Positions 16,807 to 22,511 of a DNA stretch of 28,347 nucleotides are shown in pieces. This DNA is from a virus (taxonomy: Duplodnaviria; Heunggongvirae; Uroviricota; Caudoviricetes). Positions within the stretch are counted from its first letter, which is position 1. Each line of letters opens with the position of its first letter. Where the stretch lies: IMG/VR virus record IMGVR_UViG_3300041407_000052, positions 1 to 28,347 of that record; one strand, given 5' to 3'. The position numbers were made by a program, and so were the translations under genes. Under the pieces are notes generated by a model. That model made no database searches. It saw only the letters and a program-made list of their open reading frames with translations, and was not told where the DNA came from.

Positions 16807-17036
16807 TGAATAAATATACGATCAAATACACATATGATAACTATGTGGAAAGTTGTGAATGCTGTTCATACAGTGAACAAGAGCTAACTGTATATGATAA
16901 GGAAGGTAATGTACTGATCGACGGGATCAACGCTGGTATGTGGCCAGAGAATGAAAGTGAACTACGTGTATACATTGATGAAACGTATCCTGAGTATAAT
17001 GACTTTGTAGTTCATGATGACACACGGTGGTTTTGA
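16803..17036 (+). CDS. Hypothetical acidic protein
   Basis: ORF track; ATGA overlap. Confidence 0.7.
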   Translation: MMNKYTIKYTYDNYVESCECCSYSEQELTVYDKEGNVLIDGINAGMWPENESELRVYIDETYPEYNDFVVHDDTRWF

Positions 17037-17239
17037 TGACTGATGTACAACGATTTGCACAATCATCATACAGCAATGAACTGTATCCAGCATCAGGCAG
17101 TGACGCACATTACATGTTCTACAAAGATCATACTGTCATTGTCAGCCTGTTACGTGAGCAACTAGCTTGGATGGAAAGACAGTTGACGTTAAGTAACACA
17201 CTTCTCACACAAGCATTGACAACCAATCAGCCTCGCTAA
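17036..17239 (+). CDS. Hypothetical protein; last gene of the + strand block
   Basis: ORF track 17027..17239; TGATG coupling; ends at the terminator. Confidence 0.68.
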   Translation: MTDVQRFAQSSYSNELYPASGSDAHYMFYKDHTVIVSLLREQLAWMERQLTLSNTLLTQALTTNQPR

Positions 17240-17255
17240 CGCGGGGTTTTCTTTT
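17230..17255 (+). terminator. Rho-independent terminator closing the + strand block
   Basis: Hairpin CCTCGC-TAAC-GCGGGG followed by TTTTCTTTT. Confidence 0.85.
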
Positions 17256-17330
17256 ACCCTGAATTTCATTTTCCCCTATTTTGACTTCCCTGATTTACAC
17301 TTTTCCCTGTAAATCCAGTTCCTGAAATCC
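17256..17330. repeat. Five degenerate pyrimidine-rich units (consensus about TYCCTGAWWT), 15-17 bp period
   Basis: Units start at about 17256, 17272, 17287, 17304 and 17319. Confidence 0.55.
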
Positions 17331-17454
17331 CGTCTTGTTAGTTATTCAACTGTCGGTAAATCCCTATTCGTTTAACGGAAGTAGCTCTAATGGGTTTAAC
17401 GCCCCGGACTTCAGGCAGCTACCGCCCGTCGGTATAATTCTAAAATCCCTAGAG

Positions 17455-17471
17455 TTGGCATAAACCTTGCT
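17455..17471 (+). promoter_or_regulatory. sigma54-like -24/-12 motif TTGGCATAAACCTTGCT
   Basis: GG-N10-GC spacing with TGGCA and TTGC boxes. Confidence 0.5.
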
Positions 17472-17494
17472 AAGTGATTCGGTTGATCACCATA

Positions 17495-17513
17495 TGTGAA
17501 TGATTATCATTCA
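17495..17513. promoter_or_regulatory. Fur-box-like palindrome
   Basis: TGAATGAT-T-ATCATTCA perfect 8-bp arms; 13/19 to GATAATGATAATCATTATC. Confidence 0.5.
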
Positions 17514-17727
17514 ATGTCATTTAACATAATACCTATTACACGCACAGCTGCATCCCCTCCCTTGGTATGCACCGGGAAGGTATTGTCTATCGATGGGTTG
17601 GGTATGAGTGGTTGTCTCTATCTGGCTGCATTGCACAGCCTTACCACAATGTTTCACTATACGCCCATGTGGGCAGAATGTACACCTTTTATTCATTTAT
17701 TTGTGCAGAATGCACGTATTGTTGAAT

Positions 17728-17746
17728 GATAATGATTATTATTTAC
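17728..17746. promoter_or_regulatory. Fur-box-like site
   Basis: GATAATGATTATTATTTAC, 15/19 to the Fur consensus. Confidence 0.55.
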
Positions 17747-18005
17747 CTTGATAAATCAAGGGTATTTTATACTCTATCCCATATAATGGGATGATAGTGA
17801 GTGTGGGATGCTTAGATCATTGTCCCAATGTTCAGCATACCCAAGAATAGTAATATTCAGTGAATAGTCAATATTATGTCGTTATTACGACATGTACTGT
17901 CAATGTTATGGCTTGTAAGCCATGATCTATAAGGCTTTGAGAGAAGCGGTATATGATGTGCTATGCACATGGTAGGGGTGCTGCACTGCTATGCAGTGAG
18001 TGGTA

Positions 18006-18021
18006 CTGTAGGAGGTTACAG
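18006..18021. promoter_or_regulatory. LexA (SOS)-box-like CTGT-N8-ACAG
   Basis: TACTGTAGGAGGTTACAG; the spacer is less AT-rich than ideal. Confidence 0.3.
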
Positions 18022-18355
18022 AGGGTATACTACCGTATACTAAGGAAGAGAACAGGGGTTACTACCCTGTTTCTATATCTGATATGTACGCCTGTTATGT
18101 ATACATAACAATAGGTAATTCTATAACGTTATACGTTATAATAGTATTCTTTAATACATACTCTTTGTTCTTGTGGGGTTTATCCCCACTCTTTCCTGTC
18201 TCTCTAATACCTATTCACCCGTTACTACGGGTGGACATAGGGCATTATAATAAGAAAATGCTGTTTATGTCAATACAGTATGGTTAAAGTACGTTTAAAT
18301 AGGTTGATTCTGCTAACAATCTGTGATAATCGGGTACATCATGCTAACAACTGAT

Positions 18356-18374
18356 GATAATGAGAATAATTATT
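18356..18374. promoter_or_regulatory. Fur-box-like site
   Basis: GATAATGAGAATAATTATT, 16/19 to the Fur consensus. Confidence 0.62.
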
Positions 18375-18383
18375 GCTTGCATG

Positions 18384-18404
18384 AGAAAGCCCCTTTCGGG
18401 GCTT
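18384..18404 (-). terminator. Rho-independent terminator closing the - strand block
   Basis: On the - strand AAGCCCC-GAAA-GGGGCTT followed by TCTC; directly downstream of the last - strand gene. Confidence 0.78.
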
Positions 18405-18405
18405 G

Positions 18406-18421
18406 TGTTTCACGTGGAACA
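18406..18421. other. parS: parS site (chromosomal ParB-binding consensus)
   Basis: TGTTTCACGTGGAACA (TGTTCCACGTGAAACA on -), an exact match to TGTTNCACGTGAAACA; between a stop codon and a terminator. Confidence 0.85.
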
Positions 18422-18422
18422 A

Positions 18423-18632
18423 TTAGAAAGGGTTTCCCCACTCTGCAATAACATCAGCATTGGCACGTTCGAAGCATTCAGGCGTGAAACCTTTACCACC
18501 CAACTGCTTAGCCCAATAGTCAAGGCGTTTGCTACGGAATGCAGCCACTTTCATTCCTGTACTAATCGAACCATAGCCTTTCGGTGGATTGCTTTGACTT
18601 GCACAGTGTGACATCAGATTGGAAGATTTCAT
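18423..18632 (-). CDS. Hypothetical early protein
   Basis: ORF track; AGGAG RBS; has its own promoter. Confidence 0.72.
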   Translation of the reverse strand: MKSSNLMSHCASQSNPPKGYGSISTGMKVAAFRSKRLDYWAKQLGGKGFTPECFERANADVIAEWGNPF

Positions 18633-18672
18633 TTAGAGAACTCCTGTTGTGGTACTTTGGTTTAGATAAGTC

Positions 18673-18701
18673 ATTGTAAGCACTTATCCAACAAGGTGCA
18701 A
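18673..18701 (-). promoter_or_regulatory. sigma70-type promoter TTGCAC-N17-TACAAT, overlapped by inverted repeat GATAAGT-N10-ACTTATC
   Basis: -35 at 18696-18701 and -10 at 18673-18678; IR arms at 18665-18671 and 18682-18688. Confidence 0.68.
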
Positions 18702-18705
18702 TCTT

Positions 18706-18954
18706 TTATTCACTAATTATCTCGGTTGTTTGAATGGTTACAGCCTTGAATGTAACACCTTGAGCCAATTGACCATCAAAACCTATACAACGACTAGTCG
18801 CCTTTAACGCAGCCATTTTTGCATCTTCAAGGTTGTCAAACTTCATTGCATTGTTAATCGATCCCATACATGCGGTTCCCCACTCCTTATCCCATGCATA
18901 AAGGTAGTCAGAATTGGATTTACCGTAGAAGCGTTTGACTACAAAAGTGTTCAT
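18706..18954 (-). CDS. Hypothetical early protein
   Basis: ORF track; ATGA overlap with the upstream gene. Confidence 0.75.
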   Translation of the reverse strand: MNTFVVKRFYGKSNSDYLYAWDKEWGTACMGSINNAMKFDNLEDAKMAALKATSRCIGFDGQLAQGVTFKAVTIQTTEIISE

Positions 18955-19085
18955 GCTTTCACCTTGTTAGGAATGAGTTTAGTTCCGCAATGCCCACACC
19001 ATGCAAAGCCTTCTGCTACGATTGGTCTGTGCTTGCTTAGCTTACCGTGCAAAGCACCACACTTAGAGCATGGTTTGTATTTCAT
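18951..19085 (-). CDS. Small zinc-ribbon protein (44 aa, CSKC...CGHC)
   Basis: Translated by hand: MKYKPCSKCGALHGKLSKHRPIVAEGFAWCGHCGTKLIPNKVKA. Confidence 0.68.
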   Translation of the reverse strand: MKYKPCSKCGALHGKLSKHRPIVAEGFAWCGHCGTKLIPNKVKA

Positions 19086-19087
19086 GA

Positions 19088-19633
19088 TTAAACCCCAGCT
19101 TTGTTGTAAGTGGTCCAAGCTTCTACAAACTCGGGTGATTTAACAAGATCATCCATTAGTGAGTTGATATTGTCTTGATTGACTAGGATCATGTCAACAC
19201 ACCGTTGGGCGGTTGCTTCTGGTGTACCAGTTGCCAACATTTGCTGTTTAACGAATGCTTTAGCAATGTTTAAAGCATTCTGAAATGCATCAGCACGCGC
19301 TTGGAACTTCGCGTTGCTTGCTGCTTCACGGTCTGCATTGCGTTGGTTGGATTCAACCTGAGCCACTTGTTTAGCTTCGAACTGTTCCGAAGTCAGGCGA
19401 TTGAATGTGATTTCGACCTTACCCGAAGTTGCAAGATGTTTTTCAACCCGGACAACACCTGTTGCATCACAGATGTAAAACAAGGTGTAAGAGTTGCGGT
19501 ATACAGCACCACCAGTGACGAATGTATTTTCTTCTTGACATTGTGCCAGAAGAAACTTTGCCTGCGCTTCGGATTTGAAAAAGCCATTGTTAGACTTGAC
19601 AAGCGAAGCGAAAGAAACGGCAATGTTCGACAT
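19088..19633 (-). CDS. Hypothetical early protein with C-terminal helical region
   Basis: ORF track; GGAG RBS; directly downstream of a promoter. Confidence 0.85.
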   Translation of the reverse strand: MSNIAVSFASLVKSNNGFFKSEAQAKFLLAQCQEENTFVTGGAVYRNSYTLFYICDATGVVRVEKHLATSGKVEITFNRLTSEQFEAKQVAQVESNQRNADREAASNAKFQARADAFQNALNIAKAFVKQQMLATGTPEATAQRCVDMILVNQDNINSLMDDLVKSPEFVEAWTTYNKAGV

Positions 19634-19681
19634 GGTGAATCTCCAGAAACTTAGGAGGCTTTTGCCTCCCTTCTGTTAATC

Positions 19682-19709
19682 ATTTTACAGCTTTTAGAGA
19701 AGGGTGCAA
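19682..19709 (-). promoter_or_regulatory. sigma70-type promoter TTGCAC-N16-TAAAAT
   Basis: Member of the repeated promoter family; AT-rich UP-like element upstream. Confidence 0.78.
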
Positions 19710-19723
19710 CAATTATTTTCAAT

Positions 19724-19856
19724 GCTCTATAAGCTCATATAACGCGTTTTGAGCAACGATAATTTGAGGCTTGATGTTGCTATGTCTTTGGGTTTAAAAC
19801 GTCGTACCAATATGTATGCCAACATTGGAAGACAGTGTGGGAAAATTACGTGCCAA
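19724..19856. repeat. Non-coding repeat, copy 1
   Basis: Shares GCGTTTTGAGC, ATGTCTTT and TTAAAACGTCGTACCAA (17 bp identical) plus two TGCCAA motifs with 21031-21166. Confidence 0.85.
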
Positions 19857-19909
19857 TGTTAAATAGCAGGCTCCTCTGGTGATTGCCTCTGACCCTCACC
19901 AGTAACTGT

Positions 19910-19939
19910 ATTGTACAACAATTTTTAGAACCATGTCTA
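19910..19939 (-). promoter_or_regulatory. Possible sigma70 promoter TAGACA-N18-TACAAT reading into repeat copy 1
   Basis: Contains the family spacer motif TTCTAAA; the spacer is 2 bp longer than in the other copies. Confidence 0.5.
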
Positions 19940-19953
19940 TAATTATTTTAGGC

Positions 19954-19980
19954 AAAGAAAAACCCCGACAAAGCGGGGTT
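19954..19980 (-). terminator. Rho-independent terminator
   Basis: On - AACCCCG-CTTTGT-CGGGGTT followed by TTTCTTT. Confidence 0.88.
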
Positions 19981-19996
19981 ATATGTTCAAACGGGT

Positions 19997-20203
19997 TTAT
20001 CCACCATATTTCTGGTTAAGTAGCTCACCGATATGCAATCGATATTCATCGGGCATTGATTCATAGTCTTGAATGGTGAAACGTGAAGACATGGCAAGCG
20101 CAAGACATTCGGCTTTCTCTGCTCGCTCTTCCATCTTCTTAAGTGCTGCCTTCAACTGGTTAACATAAACCCGTGTTAGTTGGACATTGCTAAGCGCTTT
20201 CAT
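19997..20203 (-). CDS. Hypothetical early protein (MKALSNVQ...)
   Basis: Track 19997..20230; ATG 20203 has an AAGGA RBS (the longer start runs through parS). Confidence 0.72.
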   Translation of the reverse strand: MKALSNVQLTRVYVNQLKAALKKMEERAEKAECLALAMSSRFTIQDYESMPDEYRLHIGELLNQKYGG

Positions 20204-20213
20204 GTTAGTCCTT

Positions 20214-20229
20214 TGTTTCACGTGAAACA
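20214..20229. other. parS: parS site (perfect palindrome)
   Basis: TGTTTCACGTGAAACA, intergenic, between a stop codon and the next RBS. Confidence 0.88.
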
Positions 20230-20232
20230 ACT

Positions 20233-20430
20233 TTAAAAGATTATTTCTTGACGAATGATAATGATGTCAGCTACTTCAATCTGTTCTCTTGACCACAACT
20301 CACCATACCACAACTTAGATGTTGCCTCATCATGTGAATCAGTGTGCAACAAATCTAACATGTTGCATTCAAACTGTTCACGTTCGCCTGTACTCTTGTT
20401 ATAGGCTGTGAAAGTTATTTTGGTAATCAT
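20233..20430 (-). CDS. Hypothetical early protein
   Basis: ORF track. Confidence 0.7.
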   Translation of the reverse strand: MITKITFTAYNKSTGEREQFECNMLDLLHTDSHDEATSKLWYGELWSREQIEVADIIIIRQEIIF

Positions 20431-20452
20431 GTACGTACCCCCAGTACCTCAA

Positions 20453-20665
20453 TTATTGACCTTTGCACATTTTACCAGCATACATGATGTAACTGGCTTT
20501 ACCTTCTGCGCAAGCTTTAACAGCATTTTCATGTTGCTGAGCTTTGAATACAACAGCATTTGCAGCAACTTCTTTTGCACGGTAATGATCACCAACAACA
20601 GGGGCCACTTGCGAGATTGCCATGATCAGACCAAAGAACAGTGCAATACCGGAAAAGAAGTTCAT
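20453..20665 (-). CDS. Small membrane-anchored or exported protein
   Basis: N-terminal hydrophobic helix FFSGIALFFGLIMAI; AAGGA RBS; promoter upstream. Confidence 0.75.
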   Translation of the reverse strand: MNFFSGIALFFGLIMAISQVAPVVGDHYRAKEVAANAVVFKAQQHENAVKACAEGKASYIMYAGKMCKGQ

Positions 20666-20715
20666 GTGCGTATTCCTTTAGTAGTGGGAGGCTGTTTCGC
20701 CTCCCTATGTGTTGT

Positions 20716-20743
20716 ATTCTACAGCTTTTAGAGAAGGTTACAA
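20716..20743 (-). promoter_or_regulatory. sigma70-type promoter TTGTAA-N16-TAGAAT
   Basis: Repeated promoter family. Confidence 0.75.
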
Positions 20744-20746
20744 GCT

Positions 20747-20917
20747 TTATTTGTAGTTGTTCAAAGCCTTTTGCATGGCTTTATAACCATTGGCTTGCTC
20801 TGTGAGGTTGGAGTATGTGACAACTTTAGTAGCGTCAGCGTGCATCACGGAACCGAAAGGACCATAAACAACGAAACCGTTAGTGCCTTTGATTACTTGA
20901 ATTTGATTAGCGTTCAT
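20747..20917 (-). CDS. Hypothetical early protein (56 aa, MNANQIQVIKG...)
   Basis: Translated by hand; GGTGA RBS; has its own promoter. Confidence 0.75.
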   Translation of the reverse strand: MNANQIQVIKGTNGFVVYGPFGSVMHADATKVVTYSNLTEQANGYKAMQKALNNYK

Positions 20918-20967
20918 ACTATCACCTTGAGCTGTTTGAGTGGCTGTCTTGCCTCTCTATGTGTCCA

Positions 20968-20995
20968 ATTCTACAGTGTTTAGAAAACCATGCAA
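20968..20995 (-). promoter_or_regulatory. sigma70-type promoter TTGCAT-N16-TAGAAT
   Basis: Repeated promoter family; AT-rich upstream. Confidence 0.78.
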
Positions 20996-21030
20996 GTATT
21001 ATTTTCAATCTTTTAGAAAAGAATTCATAG

Positions 21031-21166
21031 GCTCTGTAACGCTCTATAATGCGTTTTGAGCGACGTTATAACCTACCCTTCACACTGCCATGTCTTTTGG
21101 ATTAAAACGTCGTACCAAGAAGCGTGCCAAGTCTGCTCTCTATATTGTATGCTATTATCATGCCAA
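21031..21166. repeat. Non-coding repeat, copy 2
   Basis: See copy 1; also contains the inverted repeat CGACGTTATAA...TTAAAACGTCG. Confidence 0.85.
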
Positions 21167-21224
21167 CTAGGAACGTCACCCACTCTCCCTGTTTGTCTCG
21201 TGCTAAATTCCACACCATGACAAT

Positions 21225-21252
21225 ATTCTATCAGTATGTGACTGGAATGCAA
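21225..21252 (-). promoter_or_regulatory. sigma70-type promoter TTGCAT-N16-TAGAAT reading into repeat copy 2
   Basis: -10 at 21225-21230 and -35 at 21247-21252; follows a terminator. Confidence 0.72.
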
Positions 21253-21271
21253 GGAATATTAACACATAGGT

Positions 21272-21294
21272 AAAAGCCCCAATCAAGGGGCTTT
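21272..21294 (-). terminator. Rho-independent terminator (possibly bidirectional)
   Basis: AAAGCCCC-AATCAA-GGGGCTTT, with an A-run and a T-run on the two sides. Confidence 0.85.
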
Positions 21295-21296
21295 CT

Positions 21297-21434
21297 TCAA
21301 GGTAGACGGTTTGGATTGAAGGTTAATCGATGGGCTAACAATTGTTTGTACAACTGTACTCTATCCGGTGATACCCGTGCATCAATCCAATTACGCATGA
21401 TGTACTTGCGTTTGAGCATTTGAATAGCGTTCAT
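21297..21434 (-). CDS. Hypothetical basic protein (45 aa, MNAIQMLKRKY...)
   Basis: Translated by hand; ATGA overlap; ends at the terminator. Confidence 0.68.
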   Translation of the reverse strand: MNAIQMLKRKYIMRNWIDARVSPDRVQLYKQLLAHRLTFNPNRLP

Positions 21435-21754
21435 CGTAAACCCTTTTCTATGTAGTCAGTATGCCAGTCAATAATGTCCTTCAATGCCTTCTCAGTCCTG
21501 AAACTGTAATCAGTCAGTACCTGATTCCCGTCAAGGTCAAAGGCATAAAACATACTGTTCCACACACCTTTGACAATTTCAATTCGCTTATAGAGTGCTG
21601 TACTCCTTACAAGCTCATACGCTTGAGAAGCGGCATATGTACTGGCTTCTTCTTCGGAATCAAAACAGGTAGACACAAGTAACCCTTTATCTTTACCTGT
21701 AAGCATTCGCAATGACCAGTGTGTGCGGTACTTTTCAATCTTTACTAACAACAT
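21431..21754 (-). CDS. Hypothetical early protein
   Basis: ORF track. Confidence 0.78.
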   Translation of the reverse strand: MLLVKIEKYRTHWSLRMLTGKDKGLLVSTCFDSEEEASTYAASQAYELVRSTALYKRIEIVKGVWNSMFYAFDLDGNQVLTDYSFRTEKALKDIIDWHTDYIEKGLR

Positions 21755-21755
21755 G

Positions 21756-22163
21756 TTAGTTACTCACCTTCTGAAGCGTCAAACCAACAATACCACCAGC
21801 GTTATAAATCACACGTTCAATAGTTGTCATTGGAACGTTGCAACACACAGTACCATCAAAATATTGCTCTAGCTCTTTAGGGAATTCACCAGAACAATGC
21901 AGTAGTTCGAACGATTCGTATAACGAATATTGTTGATTGGTTCGTGGCGTGCAGTAATGAAAATCGCTCGCCTGAATGCTAACCCTGTCACCGTTGGCGA
22001 GTTGCAAAGGTGGAACAACACGGACAGAACGAAGCACCCCACTTTTAGTTTGCAGGCTTTCCTGCATCCATGTAGTGAAGTGCTTTTGACTTCCATCCGT
22101 GTATTGAGAAACTACAGCTGGATAGGATTCGTCTTTAGCAATGTACACTTGTTGACCGTTCAT
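21756..22163 (-). CDS. Conserved hypothetical phage protein (SIQAS.FHYC.PR motif)
   Basis: ORF track; AAGGA RBS; promoter upstream. Confidence 0.8.
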   Translation of the reverse strand: MNGQQVYIAKDESYPAVVSQYTDGSQKHFTTWMQESLQTKSGVLRSVRVVPPLQLANGDRVSIQASDFHYCTPRTNQQYSLYESFELLHCSGEFPKELEQYFDGTVCCNVPMTTIERVIYNAGGIVGLTLQKVSN

Positions 22164-22190
22164 ATTCGTATTCCTTGGTTAGTGACACCT

Positions 22191-22218
22191 ATTTTACAGG
22201 CTTTAGAAAAGGTTGCAA
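22191..22218 (-). promoter_or_regulatory. sigma70-type promoter TTGCAA-N16-TAAAAT
   Basis: Repeated promoter family. Confidence 0.78.
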
Positions 22219-22259
22219 GCTTTATTTTCAGACGTTTTGAAAGAAAATGTAGACGAAGG

Positions 22260-22283
22260 AAAGCCCCGACAAAGCGAGGCTTT
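22260..22283 (-). terminator. Rho-independent terminator
   Basis: On - AAAGCCTCG-CTTTGT-CGGGGCTTT followed by CCTTC; same loop as 19961 and 26958. Confidence 0.82.
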
Positions 22284-22284
22284 G

Positions 22285-22300
22285 TGTTTCACGTGGAACA
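22285..22300. other. parS: parS site
   Basis: TGTTTCACGTGGAACA, identical to 18406-18421; again between a stop codon and a terminator. Confidence 0.85.
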
Positions 22301-22510
22301 TCACACGGTTATGGTGATTCGTGTTCCTTTGACTTCAAAGTCTAGTAAGAAAAGTTGTAGAAGTTCCTCACGGCTGAAAACTTTTGACGTATAGATGTCA
22401 TGTCGGTTAATGCCAAGATCGGCAACCAACTGTAAAGCCGAAGGACAAGGTTCACGACCTAAGACAATATAGACAGACCATTCAAACTGTGAAACGTCAG
22501 GGTTTGACAT
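22301..22510 (-). CDS. Hypothetical early protein
   Basis: ORF track; GAGG RBS. Confidence 0.72.
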   Translation of the reverse strand: MSNPDVSQFEWSVYIVLGREPCPSALQLVADLGINRHDIYTSKVFSREELLQLFLLDFEVKGTRITITV

Positions 22511-22511
22511 G

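Noticed and set aside
17746-17761. TTGAT..ATCAA as an ANR/FNR box
   Set aside because: The spacer is 2 nt and ANR/FNR needs 4; kept only as a generic palindrome.
17256-18386. tRNA genes in the gap
   Set aside because: I could not find a cloverleaf with a TTCRA T-loop and matching acceptor stem by eye; tRNAscan-SE/ARAGORN would settle it.
17496-18611. Track ORFs 17496..17729, 18084..18287 and 18354..18611 on +
   Set aside because: No RBS and atypical composition; they overlap palindromes, a terminator, parS or the real - strand gene.
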